A stretch of DNA of 64,000 nucleotides from the sequence record PV754031.1; one strand, written 5' to 3'. This document shows, in pieces, positions 1-10,284 of this stretch; positions within the stretch are counted from its first letter, which is position 1; each line of letters opens with the position of its first letter. Both the position numbers and the translations under genes were made by a program. The notes beneath the pieces are model-generated. The model searched no databases. It saw nothing but the letters and a program-made list of their open reading frames with translations, and was not told where the DNA came from.

Positions 1-568
1 GGATCATTCTAATATTACTGAAACAACTAATGTTAGAGATGAAATTAATGCATGTAGCATCCACCACATTTATCCGTCAGGCAATATTACGTGTGTTTTA
101 ACTGATAATAAGAAACCCACACGTTGGCGAGAATATGTAATGCATGCCTTCTATAAAACCATTGGGTATACTTGGGTTAATCCAATTGAACTATATTGGC
201 ATAAAGGTACTTCTGTGGAGTATGTTAGTTTAGAAACGGTTAATGCCAACCTTTTACTAGCTGCAAATATTTTCACTGTATACAGTAATTGGAATATTAC
301 GGAAAATAGCCATACTTCAGATAACTCTGTATCTATCCCAGCTATTAACCTATTTTGCATCAATAGTGAAAATAGTCAATATGCAGTATCCTTTAAGAAT
401 AAAAATAATAACTCTTATGAATTATTTGATTCATTATCCTTAAGTGGAAATCAAATAATTTCATACACTGAAACCGCTATTGAGAAATCTAATTGTTCTG
501 GTCCATTGAAATTTGTAAGTGATCACGTTATCAAGTTTATTTGTAAGGAACTAACAACGTGTCGATGA
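1..568 (+). CDS. Hypothetical protein, N-terminally truncated by the window edge
   Basis: The frame of the 140..568 ORF is open from position 2 (DHSNITETTNVRDE...), so the listed ATG at 140 is probably internal. Confidence 0.6.
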   Translation, partial: DHSNITETTNVRDEINACSIHHIYPSGNITCVLTDNKKPTRWREYVMHAFYKTIGYTWVNPIELYWHKGTSVEYVSLETVNANLLLAANIFTVYSNWNITENSHTSDNSVSIPAINLFCINSENSQYAVSFKNKNNNSYELFDSLSLSGNQIISYTETAIEKSNCSGPLKFVSDHVIKFICKELTTCR

Positions 569-921
569 AGAATGAAATTGATAGTTTAACTAAAATTATT
601 AATGATTTATTAAAAGAGCACTTTACTAATCGTAAAGAATTTATTACGAAGATTGGTAATAAACGTATAGTCGTTCCGGGTGCTCTAGTTTTCTTCAAAA
701 AGTTACGTGGAGAAATTACGGCTAAGGTTTATGCAAAGCGTAAAGTAGATGGTGGCTATCATGAGCCAGCTATTAGCACTGTATGCGTTAGTAATACAAA
801 TGTATCATGGGGTGGATTCAGTGGTACCCCGCGTAAGGAAATTAAAGATAGTTTAACTATTTTTACTTATGTGGCTATTTACGATGCTCTGAAAAATTTA
901 TGTAATGATCAATCTAGCTAA
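559..921 (+). CDS. Hypothetical protein
   Basis: 120-aa ORF with GTG start overlapping the upstream stop, followed by a terminator. Confidence 0.6.
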   Translation: MSMKNEIDSLTKIINDLLKEHFTNRKEFITKIGNKRIVVPGALVFFKKLRGEITAKVYAKRKVDGGYHEPAISTVCVSNTNVSWGGFSGTPRKEIKDSLTIFTYVAIYDALKNLCNDQSS

Positions 922-933
922 TGTTACTTAACA

Positions 934-970
934 GCATAAGCCCTCCCATTGCGGGAGGGCATTATGTTTA
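934..970. terminator. Bidirectional intrinsic terminator between convergent genes
   Basis: GCCCTCCC-ATTGC-GGGAGGGC (940-960) with CATAA and TTATG flanks. Confidence 0.8.
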
Positions 971-2206
971 TTTTGTTTTTGTATAGTAATTCTTAGTCAT
1001 AGCACGTAGAATTAAATACAACATCAACCCAGTCCTAGTTGCTGCGATATATGCAGGTACCCTAGAATTAGTCGCATCCCTAACTAACTTCTCACCTTCT
1101 TCACGCATGAAAATAACTTGAGCATTTTCTGTTTTAGATGCCATTATCTTTGCTCGTATTTTTACAAGCAATGTTTGTAGATCATTATTTCTAGCAACCA
1201 TTGTACGGAGTGATTGCATATAATCGAAAGCATACAATAAGCACTCATCTACGAGTTTCTCAAGCTTTTGTGCCCTAGGTTGACCGATGTTACGGGAAAG
1301 GTGTCTAAGTGTCGCCATGAACATTTCTGGTGGCATTGTGGGCATTATCTTTTCAATAATACCGACTAACTCAGGTCTAATGAAATTTTGTTCTTGTTGC
1401 GCAACTTGATGGATATAAGTAAGATATGAGCGATACCCAGTAGACTTATCGCGTAGAATCTGCTCACCATCAGAATTAATAGCCATGTCTGATGAAATAA
1501 CTAATTTACCACCTGATTGCAGTGTTCTGATATAAACATCATAGTACTTGTTGATTAATTCACGTAGACGTGTTTGAGTATCAGATACTACACGACCAGA
1601 CCAATAATCCAGTTCTTGTGTTTTACCAGTTAAGAAAGGTGCATAAATAGAATCAGGTGCAATGATACCTTCAGCCCGTTGCCTAAATAGTTTCTCCCAT
1701 GACCCAATTGTCTTAATGTCAAATCGATAATTGAGTGCGGCGAATGCAGCTTCGGCTACTTCTTTACGTGCAGGATATTTAAAGCGTGGTACAAGTAAAG
1801 ATGTTAGATATTTAAAATGCAACACCATGAAACAACTAACCATTGCTTCATGTCTAATATTCAAAGGAACATTAGTTGTTTTTAAAAACCTAGAACAAAT
1901 ATAGGCAGGAAGATGATTGAATACATCTGACATTACACGATGGTTAGGGTCAATGAATTCAACTGACTTAAAATCTTGGACTAACAGCGCTTCATCAATT
2001 CGTAAAACATCATCATACCAAATCTCACGATCCGTATCGAAGAATTTAACTTGTTGTACACCTAGTAATACACCACCAAAGAAAGCAGAGTGATCAGCAT
2101 TCCTATTCATAAAACTGATAGTAAAGTCAATAATTCTTTTACATAAATCGCGATCAAATTGAACATCCTTAAAATTTCTATCAAGGACTTCTTTAATAGT
2201 TGCCAT
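968..2206 (-). CDS. Conserved phiKZ gp32-like protein
   Basis: Long ORF; AGGAGGT SD (2214-2220) favours the start MATIKEV at 2206 over 2242. Identity from recalled sequence and synteny. Confidence 0.8.
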   Translation of the reverse strand: MATIKEVLDRNFKDVQFDRDLCKRIIDFTISFMNRNADHSAFFGGVLLGVQQVKFFDTDREIWYDDVLRIDEALLVQDFKSVEFIDPNHRVMSDVFNHLPAYICSRFLKTTNVPLNIRHEAMVSCFMVLHFKYLTSLLVPRFKYPARKEVAEAAFAALNYRFDIKTIGSWEKLFRQRAEGIIAPDSIYAPFLTGKTQELDYWSGRVVSDTQTRLRELINKYYDVYIRTLQSGGKLVISSDMAINSDGEQILRDKSTGYRSYLTYIHQVAQQEQNFIRPELVGIIEKIMPTMPPEMFMATLRHLSRNIGQPRAQKLEKLVDECLLYAFDYMQSLRTMVARNNDLQTLLVKIRAKIMASKTENAQVIFMREEGEKLVRDATNSRVPAYIAATRTGLMLYLILRAMTKNYYTKTK

Positions 2207-2296
2207 TGGGAAAACCTCCTGGAGAATCAAATCATAAGTCATAAAAGTACTTATGTTATTTATTCCATGTAATTACATAAATTAGAGGATAATAAA

Positions 2297-3166
2297 ATGG
2301 TTTATAAAATGATTAGTTTATTAAACCTAGCTAACCCTAGTTTAATTCAGCAATTAAGTCAATCGGTATCTAATGAAAAAGATCTAGAAAATCTTAGAAC
2401 TAGTGGTTGGCTAAAAGATGATCTTAATAATAATGTGTTTTTCATTTATTCTGAAACATCTTCTGATATTCTAGCTAGTCTAAGGATTTTTTTAAATATT
2501 GACCCATGGGTAGATAGTAGTAGTAACTATCAGAAACTAGATGTTAGTCAAGTTAGTCGATACATGACAACTGCACTTGCTTGTACTAATAATGATTATG
2601 AAGTTAATGTTATTAAAACTATTTCTAAACTATTATTATCGTTTATTAATAATCAGATATGTTCAGTTAATAATATTAAGTTTAACAATAGTGGTAATGA
2701 GACTCAACTATCAATTGGTTTAATACATGATTCTTACACACTGGACATAGATTTAAATATTGGGATGAAATCATTTATTGATAATAAAACTATTATTGAT
2801 AAATATAAATTATTTGAAACATCGTTGAGTAAAACTAAGAGTGAATTTAATTTTTCTATAGTCACTAATGACAAAGTTAATAAAGTTGCATCCATATACA
2901 AGACCGCATCTACATGTGAATATGATGATGCAATTCTATTTAACAAAGATTCGCTAGTAAGTATAAAACCATTTATTGATGGTCATTCACTTATTACTAC
3001 TGATCTTATTGAATCACTTATCAAAGAAATTCAAAATAAAGAAACTAAAAAATTAAAGTTAATCAAAGTTATGTGTTCCAATCATTATCAAAGAACTCAT
3101 AGAGATTTAATCACAATTGTCTTATGCAGTCCTGTTAATATTTGGTCCATAACTATCCATGTATAG
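2297..3166 (+). CDS. Hypothetical protein (gp33-like)
   Basis: 289-aa ORF with GAGG SD, divergent from gp32. Confidence 0.75.
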   Translation: MVYKMISLLNLANPSLIQQLSQSVSNEKDLENLRTSGWLKDDLNNNVFFIYSETSSDILASLRIFLNIDPWVDSSSNYQKLDVSQVSRYMTTALACTNNDYEVNVIKTISKLLLSFINNQICSVNNIKFNNSGNETQLSIGLIHDSYTLDIDLNIGMKSFIDNKTIIDKYKLFETSLSKTKSEFNFSIVTNDKVNKVASIYKTASTCEYDDAILFNKDSLVSIKPFIDGHSLITTDLIESLIKEIQNKETKKLKLIKVMCSNHYQRTHRDLITIVLCSPVNIWSITIHV

Positions 3167-3173
3167 GTAACAT

Positions 3174-3377
3174 ATGGATTTAAATCCTCATGACATCGAT
3201 AATCAAGCAATATTTAATTATTTAGAAATGCTGCCATCTACTTTTAAGATAACTGAATCTACTTTTATTGCTGCTGATTTTGATAGTAATGGCGATGTCA
3301 TCATACAACTAGAGCAATCATTAATTTATACTGGCTGCTCATTATCTAAATTTAATGCGTGTTTTAACACTATGTAA
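3174..3377 (+). CDS. Small hypothetical protein
   Basis: 67-aa ORF, AGGT SD, followed by a terminator. Confidence 0.6.
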   Translation: MDLNPHDIDNQAIFNYLEMLPSTFKITESTFIAADFDSNGDVIIQLEQSLIYTGCSLSKFNACFNTM

Positions 3378-3380
3378 ATA

Positions 3381-3415
3381 TAATGCCCTCTCCATAAGGA
3401 GAGGGCTTATGATGT
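3381..3415 (+). terminator. Intrinsic terminator
   Basis: GCCCTCTCC-ATAA-GGAGAGGGC at 3385-3406. Confidence 0.75.
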
Positions 3416-3463
3416 ATTTTCTCTTTTATCATCTGTAGTACAATAACTCAAATATAATTGTAG

Positions 3464-4243
<780 letters not shown>

Positions 4244-4252
4244 GGTACAACC

Positions 4253-5068
4253 ATGGCTAAACGAAAAACTCGCGCAGTAAGTGCACCAGTAACATTATCA
4301 GAAATTAGTGAAATCCCTAATGAAGTAACTAATGCAGAGGATAGTGTCAATGAACTTGAAACCACTCCTACTGAAATTGTTTCTACTGAATCAAGTGAAA
4401 ATGAAAATACCACTGCCGATTCAGAAAACACAGCCGCAACTGACTCGACAACAGATGAAGAATCAGAAGACACGTCTTCTACTGAAGCAAATGGAGATGG
4501 GGAATCAGAAGAGCCCGATCTATCGGAGAATCAGGAAGATCCGAAGGAGCCTATAGAAACGCCTGAGGAGCCCGTTGAAGATGATGATGGTTCAGGTGAC
4601 CCTGATGGTGGCACATCTGAAGAAAAGCCAACAGAAGGCGATCCAGAGGATCCTGAAGAGCCAACTGAACCTACTGACCCTGAAGAACCCACTGATCCAG
4701 TTGATCCGGTGGAACCACCGCCTGAAGAACCTAAAGCATTCCAATTAAACCTAGCTACAGTGAAATCACAGTTTGGTGATTTACCAACGTATTGGGCTAT
4801 TGAGTTAATTAAACGTTATTTCAGTGCGCCACCTGCTATCTATATCCCAGATGTAGTCGATAACCCTGATTTCAAAATAATGGTTCAACAGGTAAAATTC
4901 TTTGGTAATGGTCTACGTCCGATATATAACTCTAAGAACATGATTACTTTCACCACTATGTTAGAAGGTGCAAGTGAAGCAACAATCTTAGAGGATATGA
5001 AGAAACAACAACCGGCATTACTAAGTTTATTACCTTGGTATGATCCAAACGCTGAAATAGATAAATGA
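4253..5068 (+). CDS. Acidic, Pro/Glu-rich low-complexity protein (gp35-like)
   Basis: 271-aa ORF, AAGGT SD, long acidic N-terminal half and a short apparently folded C-terminal domain. Confidence 0.8.
   Translation: MAKRKTRAVSAPVTLSEISEIPNEVTNAEDSVNELETTPTEIVSTESSENENTTADSENTAATDSTTDEESEDTSSTEANGDGESEEPDLSENQEDPKEPIETPEEPVEDDDGSGDPDGGTSEEKPTEGDPEDPEEPTEPTDPEEPTDPVDPVEPPPEEPKAFQLNLATVKSQFGDLPTYWAIELIKRYFSAPPAIYIPDVVDNPDFKIMVQQVKFFGNGLRPIYNSKNMITFTTMLEGASEATILEDMKKQQPALLSLLPWYDPNAEIDK
4640..4732 (+). repeat. Coding degenerate tandem repeat (DPEDPEEPTEPTDPEEPTDPVDPVEPPPEEP)
   Basis: Direct translation. Confidence 0.8.
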
Positions 5069-5069
5069 G

Positions 5070-5103
5070 CATATTGCCTCCCCTAGGGGAGGCTTTATGC
5101 TGA
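5070..5103 (+). terminator. Intrinsic terminator, 34-nt exact copy at 52116-52149
   Basis: CATATTGCCTCCCCTAGGGGAGGCTTTATGCTGA. Confidence 0.8.
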
Positions 5104-5117
5104 GTTAAAAAAAGTTT

Positions 5118-5131
5118 AAGATCTATATTAC
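5118..5131 (+). promoter_or_regulatory. Early (virion RNAP) promoter
   Basis: AAGATC-TATATTAC; TATATTAC is the established phiKZ early promoter core. Confidence 0.75.
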
Positions 5132-5171
5132 ATATTTGCAATAATAAACAATATTCAAATAGGTATCTATA

Positions 5172-5987
5172 ATGACTGAATCAACTACTTTTAGTTTTAC
5201 CCCTAATCCACATCTAAAAGAAATATACGATAATTTTAAAAATAAATATCCTAAAAACAGTGTAATCTACGGTTGGATAAATAAAGAAAATAATAAATGG
5301 GGAATTACCGGTAATACGAAATATAATTCAATTACAGGTACTGGCCATAATGTTCAATACATTAATCATCTAATTTCTAGACTACTAGAAGAAGAACAGC
5401 ATTTTGAGAATACACGTATTGAAAGAGCATGGCTTAATTTAATTGAGTCATATGAAGACAGTTATAAAAGCGATGTATCTCACTATACTAATCTGCCATT
5501 AAAAGCCACCTTACCAATTGGTAAGCTCAATGTATTTCAAATCGGAAGAGCACACTCAGATGAACTAGGCATGATTACACTAAAATCTGCCAATGTATCA
5601 GAAATCATTATTGAGTCTAAATCAGCTCTTGATGAAGCTCTTAATTCTATTGATTGCATTATTCATGAAAACATTAAAACTGATTTTAAAGTACTCATGC
5701 ATGAATTTTATAAAAATGAACCATATAGGCCTGATTGGTTAAAAGAAAATGGTACATGCAAATTTATTCAATCAACCTTTAACATTGGTTCATCATTTGA
5801 TTTAATTTACTATGGATGGAAGTGGGAAGGTGTAACCAGAATTAAAACAAGTGATCGAGATGCAGCTGATATGCTGTATTCTGGTATTATTATTAATACA
5901 TCAAAATTAGTTAATGATCCAGATAATGAACCGTTATTTGAACAATTAGTTAATGTATGTGAAGTATCAACTGCTAAAGTAAAATAA
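5172..5987 (+). CDS. Early hypothetical protein (gp36-like)
   Basis: 271-aa ORF with AGGT SD downstream of an early promoter. Confidence 0.75.
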   Translation: MTESTTFSFTPNPHLKEIYDNFKNKYPKNSVIYGWINKENNKWGITGNTKYNSITGTGHNVQYINHLISRLLEEEQHFENTRIERAWLNLIESYEDSYKSDVSHYTNLPLKATLPIGKLNVFQIGRAHSDELGMITLKSANVSEIIIESKSALDEALNSIDCIIHENIKTDFKVLMHEFYKNEPYRPDWLKENGTCKFIQSTFNIGSSFDLIYYGWKWEGVTRIKTSDRDAADMLYSGIIINTSKLVNDPDNEPLFEQLVNVCEVSTAKVK

Positions 5988-6023
5988 GTGTATTATTTTT
6001 AATAAATGAAGAGGTTAGAAAAA

Positions 6024-6845
6024 ATGACTCAATTTAACATCACCTGGGAAGAACAACTCCAAGCCCTATCTAAGCTAGATGGTTTACATCATCCACATAA
6101 ATTAGAGGATATCTCCGTTCATTGGGTATTTAATCCAGTAGATATTTCAGTTTTTGTTACATGTGCGACCATGAGTAGTCATAACACCCACTATACTTTT
6201 AAACCGCAGTCAAGTCCAGATGATGCCATGGTGCGAGAATATGTACTATCTCGCATTATTGCCGATAATCTGAAATATGTTGATAATTTATATCTAGCGG
6301 CTGGTGCCGTTATTTGCGGTAATGACGAATACATTAGTGATGGTAATGTGATTGGAATTCATATCGCTGACGGCGTAGGAGGTAACAAGCTTATTCTACC
6401 AGTCATTGAATTTATGCCAGGCGTTCATGTTGATGATATCAGTGATGAACTAATCGAGTCGTCATCTTATCAAGGTATTTTCAAAACAGATAACCTTGAA
6501 GAGTTTGAATTCCTTGTTGATAAGAAGAATGCAATTAATGTAAAAGAATTAATTCTAGCCCATACTGATTATTTCGCTAATAAGCTGGCCTTTAAAGATC
6601 CAGCTGAACCAGCTGTAGAAATGTATCAGTTTATTGATCGGACTGAAGTATATTTTAGTTTCGAAGGATGTCATTCAGATGTTGAAGAAGTTCTATTTAC
6701 TATTAAGATCACACGTTATAATCAACCGCTCAATTCAACCGCGATGCAAGTATTTTTGAAAAACCCGCTATTACCGCACATCCGGACCATCGTCCGGCAG
6801 GCCAATCCGACGCAACGGACGCGCGGTGTACTATTTAATTTTTGA
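6024..6845 (+). CDS. dip: Degradosome-interacting protein Dip (RNase E inhibitor, gp37)
   Basis: MTQFNITWEEQLQALSKLDGLHHPHKLEDISVHW matches recalled phiKZ Dip; GAGG SD favours the start at 6024; lies two genes upstream of phuZ. Confidence 0.85.
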   Translation: MTQFNITWEEQLQALSKLDGLHHPHKLEDISVHWVFNPVDISVFVTCATMSSHNTHYTFKPQSSPDDAMVREYVLSRIIADNLKYVDNLYLAAGAVICGNDEYISDGNVIGIHIADGVGGNKLILPVIEFMPGVHVDDISDELIESSSYQGIFKTDNLEEFEFLVDKKNAINVKELILAHTDYFANKLAFKDPAEPAVEMYQFIDRTEVYFSFEGCHSDVEEVLFTIKITRYNQPLNSTAMQVFLKNPLLPHIRTIVRQANPTQRTRGVLFNF

Positions 6846-7092
6846 GAAATTCATTACTTTAATAGACTGTATTTCTCTTATTTATCTCTTTTCTTCTAAA
6901 AAGAAAATTATATAAATAGTATATTATGTGGGGGGGACCCTTTGGGGGGGTCCCATATAATATTCCTTATTATTAGAGAAGGGGTATAACCCATCCTTAG
7001 TTCGAGAATCTATTACTTTTAGTAATAAGGGATTGGCTATAAAAAGCCAATACCGTTTAATTTGAAAATAGAAAAATTGGAAAAAATGAAAA
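6846..7092. other. Structured intergenic element with two G7 runs and several hairpins
   Basis: TATTATGTGGG...CCCATATAATA arms around GGGACCC/GGGTCCC; TATTAC/GTAATA; TTGGCT/AGCCAA; TTTTCTT/AAGAAAA. Confidence 0.55.
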
Positions 7093-7605
7093 ATGACTGA
7101 ACAGAAAGATTACACTCTAGTACGTACTCCACTAACTCATGATGAACTAAAGAAAGCATTTAAAGAAGATAACATTCATGCATCTGATGTTCAACTAGAT
7201 AGGTTAGTTAAGTTATCTGAAGAAGTATGCAGTGTTAAAGGTAATTATAACATTCGTCCTTTAGCTAACTCAAAAGGAATGGTATTTGAATTCACCAACA
7301 AAGATGGTGAGATCATTGCACTAATTCCTTTTGATATTTCAAAAGAACGTAAAAATGCCAAAATCCCAAAAACGAAATGGCTTACTGAACTTCTAAACGT
7401 TTATCGTTATAAAGTTAGTAAGATTGAAGTTAAGAATGTACTTAACATGATTATTGATTGTGTTAAGTCTGGTGGTACTTGGCAAACATACATGTGTCGA
7501 GATAAGATGGTAATCGAATTTAAATCTGATACTGGTAAAGTGGTTAATGAATTAATTGTTCATCAAGAACGAACTCATGAAGAGATCGTTACTTTTAAGC
7601 ACTGA
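7093..7605 (+). CDS. Hypothetical protein (gp38-like)
   Basis: 170-aa ORF directly upstream of phuZ. Confidence 0.75.
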   Translation: MTEQKDYTLVRTPLTHDELKKAFKEDNIHASDVQLDRLVKLSEEVCSVKGNYNIRPLANSKGMVFEFTNKDGEIIALIPFDISKERKNAKIPKTKWLTELLNVYRYKVSKIEVKNVLNMIIDCVKSGGTWQTYMCRDKMVIEFKSDTGKVVNELIVHQERTHEEIVTFKH

Positions 7606-7655
7606 TACCATTTACAAGTTGGTATATGAAATTATATTAATCACAATGAGGTGTA

Positions 7656-8639
7656 ATGATGTCTAAAGTAAAAACTCGAATTTACTTTTGTGGTGGTGCT
7701 GGTTTCCGTATTGGTGAACTATTCCATGGTTATCATGAGGATGTTTGCTACATTGATACCAGTGTACAGAATAAACACAAACACAATACTGACGATAATA
7801 CGATCATTATTGAAGCGGATACTAAGCTAGCTGACCAGACTGCACGTAAACGTGCTATCGGTATGGGTAAAGATCGTAAGGCAGCCGCAGAACTAATCTC
7901 TGCACATATTCCTGCCATTGCCCATCATTTCCCAGCAGGGGATACTAACATCGTGGTATACTCAATGGGTGGTGCTTCTGGTTCAACCATTGGTCCTTCT
8001 CTTGTTAGTCATCTACAACAACAAGGTGAAGTAGTTGTAAGTGTGGTCATTGGATCTTACGACAGTGATATTAGTCTTCGTAATAGCAGTGGTAGCCTTA
8101 AGACTTTTGAAGGGGTTTCCTCTGTTAGTAAAGTTCCGATGATTATTAACTATCATGAGAATGTTGAAGGTATACCGCAGTCAATGGTGAACCAAAACAT
8201 TCTTGAAGTACTAAATGCACTAGTAATTCTATTTAATCAAGAACACCAAAGTCTTGATCTAATGGATATCACTAACTGGGCACACTTCCATAAACACCAT
8301 GATGTACCTGTACAGACTGTGCAATTACACGTGTGTTTCGATCGTCAAGAAGCTCAGGCTATTCTGGATCCAATTTCTATTGCTTCACTATACACTGATC
8401 CTGATCGCGATGTATCAATTAGTACAGTTCTAACTCGTACTACTGGTTATGCTGATCCTGAAAAATATGATTTCGATCAAATGCATTTTGTGATCAATGG
8501 CCTATCTATTGAAGATATTCGTAAGCGATTAGAAGAACGTCGTGAAATGATGAATCGAGCCAAAGCTAATATGCGTAAGCGTCAGTCTACTCTAGATGTG
8601 GATGACCAAGCAACTAGTAGTGGTCTTGTATTCGATTAA
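7656..8639 (+). CDS. phuZ: PhuZ phage tubulin (gp39)
   Basis: FCGGAG GTP-binding loop, GGASGS tubulin signature and conserved acidic C-terminal tail; GAGGTG SD. Confidence 0.97.
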   Translation: MMSKVKTRIYFCGGAGFRIGELFHGYHEDVCYIDTSVQNKHKHNTDDNTIIIEADTKLADQTARKRAIGMGKDRKAAAELISAHIPAIAHHFPAGDTNIVVYSMGGASGSTIGPSLVSHLQQQGEVVVSVVIGSYDSDISLRNSSGSLKTFEGVSSVSKVPMIINYHENVEGIPQSMVNQNILEVLNALVILFNQEHQSLDLMDITNWAHFHKHHDVPVQTVQLHVCFDRQEAQAILDPISIASLYTDPDRDVSISTVLTRTTGYADPEKYDFDQMHFVINGLSIEDIRKRLEERREMMNRAKANMRKRQSTLDVDDQATSSGLVFD

Positions 8640-8647
8640 CTTATACT

Positions 8648-8680
8648 GGAGCCCTTCGGGGCTCCTTTTATTTTTTTTGT
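8648..8680 (+). terminator. Intrinsic terminator
   Basis: GGAGCCC-TTCG-GGGCTCC followed by a long T tract. Confidence 0.9.
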
Positions 8681-8693
8681 AACGAGGTGTAAT

Positions 8694-9176
8694 ATGAAAC
8701 CAGTAAATACAGTTACTTATATTCCTTTGCATGTAGCTGAATCATTTTATTCCCCTAGAAATATGATCTGTCTACTGGAGAAAGGTAGAGTCCCACTTTA
8801 TTCAGCAAAACATCTTAATTATTTACGTATCAATGTTGATGACATTGAGGATTATGTTGATTCTTCTTATGATCTATTTGATCATCGGCATGCACAACGT
8901 ATTATTTCCTTCTGTGAAGCTCTTGGTAAGGGTCAACACCTATTCGTACACTGTGAGGCAGGTATTAGCCGATCGGCTGCTGTAGCTAAGTTTCTGTGCG
9001 ATAAAATGGGATTCATTCATGTACCGCATAATCCATCTTTATTTAATTTTGATGGTTACAATGGTCACATTTATGGAGTTCTATGTAATGCTAAAGCAGG
9101 GAAGCTTTATTATGACGATAGAGCCGATGGTATTTTTATGGGTAAAGTAAATCAGAATTTTGCAGATATTAAATAA
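8694..9176 (+). CDS. Tyrosine/dual-specificity phosphatase-like protein
   Basis: VHCEAGISRS matches the HCX5R catalytic P-loop; GAGGTG SD. Confidence 0.8.
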   Translation: MKPVNTVTYIPLHVAESFYSPRNMICLLEKGRVPLYSAKHLNYLRINVDDIEDYVDSSYDLFDHRHAQRIISFCEALGKGQHLFVHCEAGISRSAAVAKFLCDKMGFIHVPHNPSLFNFDGYNGHIYGVLCNAKAGKLYYDDRADGIFMGKVNQNFADIK

Positions 9177-9215
9177 CTAGCGATAATTAATAATCTGTAT
9201 ATTAGGAGATAACCG

Positions 9216-9689
9216 ATGGCAAAGAACACTGCTAAAAAGCTCGACGAGCAAATGGCAGCTGAACTTGATCTGACGTTATCTCCGTTTACTATGGTTCTGA
9301 AACACGTAGTTCGTCTCCCCAACATAGTTGAGGGATTTATCTTTGTAATGGTTAAGGATGGAATTATTAGCTATGATCGGGTAGACAAATGGGCTGAAGT
9401 AAACGGGATGCGTTTGCGAGTTCCTCGTTTCAAATCGCATTCGGTTATTGAGAAGCGGTTAAACGATAAGCTGTATAGACGTTGGTATGTTTGGGGGAAT
9501 GGTATTTTATATCCATTGCAAACATCCAAGGTTGAAGATTTAAAAGATAATTTCTATTTCAAGATTGACAGTAACCCCCACTGTTATACCATCCACATTC
9601 CAAATATTGATGCAGATAGTATACGAAATAATACATTACCATTTTTCGAAAGAGTCCACCCTGGATGGGGTGTTATATTAACTGATTGA
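9216..9689 (+). CDS. Hypothetical protein
   Basis: 157-aa ORF with AGGAG SD. Confidence 0.75.
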   Translation: MAKNTAKKLDEQMAAELDLTLSPFTMVLKHVVRLPNIVEGFIFVMVKDGIISYDRVDKWAEVNGMRLRVPRFKSHSVIEKRLNDKLYRRWYVWGNGILYPLQTSKVEDLKDNFYFKIDSNPHCYTIHIPNIDADSIRNNTLPFFERVHPGWGVILTD

Positions 9690-10018
9690 GATTTACGTAT
9701 ATGCTATTATTGATTGATTATCCTGAGGTTAAGGAACTGGCAGATTATGTAATGTCTGAATTTGAACAATATCCTAAATTAGTTAGTGGTTCTATTCTTA
9801 CACTTGAGCACCACACTAAAGGATCATTTGATTTTATCTGGAGATATGACGGGTGTATTGATATTAGATATAAAAATCATATCTGTGGGACTATTACATT
9901 TATGGGTTCATATCCAACTTATTTAACTTATAAAAATGTTATTACCATTAATGTCCGAGATATGATTAGTTCATTAACAGATATCGAGAAATCATTATGT
10001 CAACAGTTGCTCAGTTAA
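9686..10018 (+). CDS. Hypothetical protein
   Basis: 110-aa ORF, TTG start overlapping the upstream stop; start uncertain. Confidence 0.6.
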   Translation: MRFTYMLLLIDYPEVKELADYVMSEFEQYPKLVSGSILTLEHHTKGSFDFIWRYDGCIDIRYKNHICGTITFMGSYPTYLTYKNVITINVRDMISSLTDIEKSLCQQLLS

Positions 10019-10284
10019 GTATTTATGTAAAACAGTTTGTTCGTCTTAATCTTAAAGATGAGGATGTTATTTTAACTGATGGCGAGAAATGGAATATTTT
10101 TGTTTTAAATAAAAATAAACTATTGATTCGTGATAGTGATCGAATAGTGGTTACAACTATCGATTATGATTCATTCGGTAAGATTATTAAGATTGATCAT
10201 TCTGATTTTGTCAATAGCTCCATGGCAACCGATAAGGCGTATGAGGTATTGAAAACATATATAGCCCATCGCTATGGGGTTTAA
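9997..10284 (+). CDS. Hypothetical protein
   Basis: 95-aa ORF coupled to its neighbours. Confidence 0.6.
   Translation: MSTVAQLSIYVKQFVRLNLKDEDVILTDGEKWNIFVLNKNKLLIRDSDRIVVTTIDYDSFGKIIKIDHSDFVNSSMATDKAYEVLKTYIAHRYGV

Noticed and set aside
6846-7655. tubC-like centromere with a TubR adaptor upstream of phuZ
   Set aside because: No iteron array; PhuZ is known to position the nucleus and capsids rather than act through tubRC.
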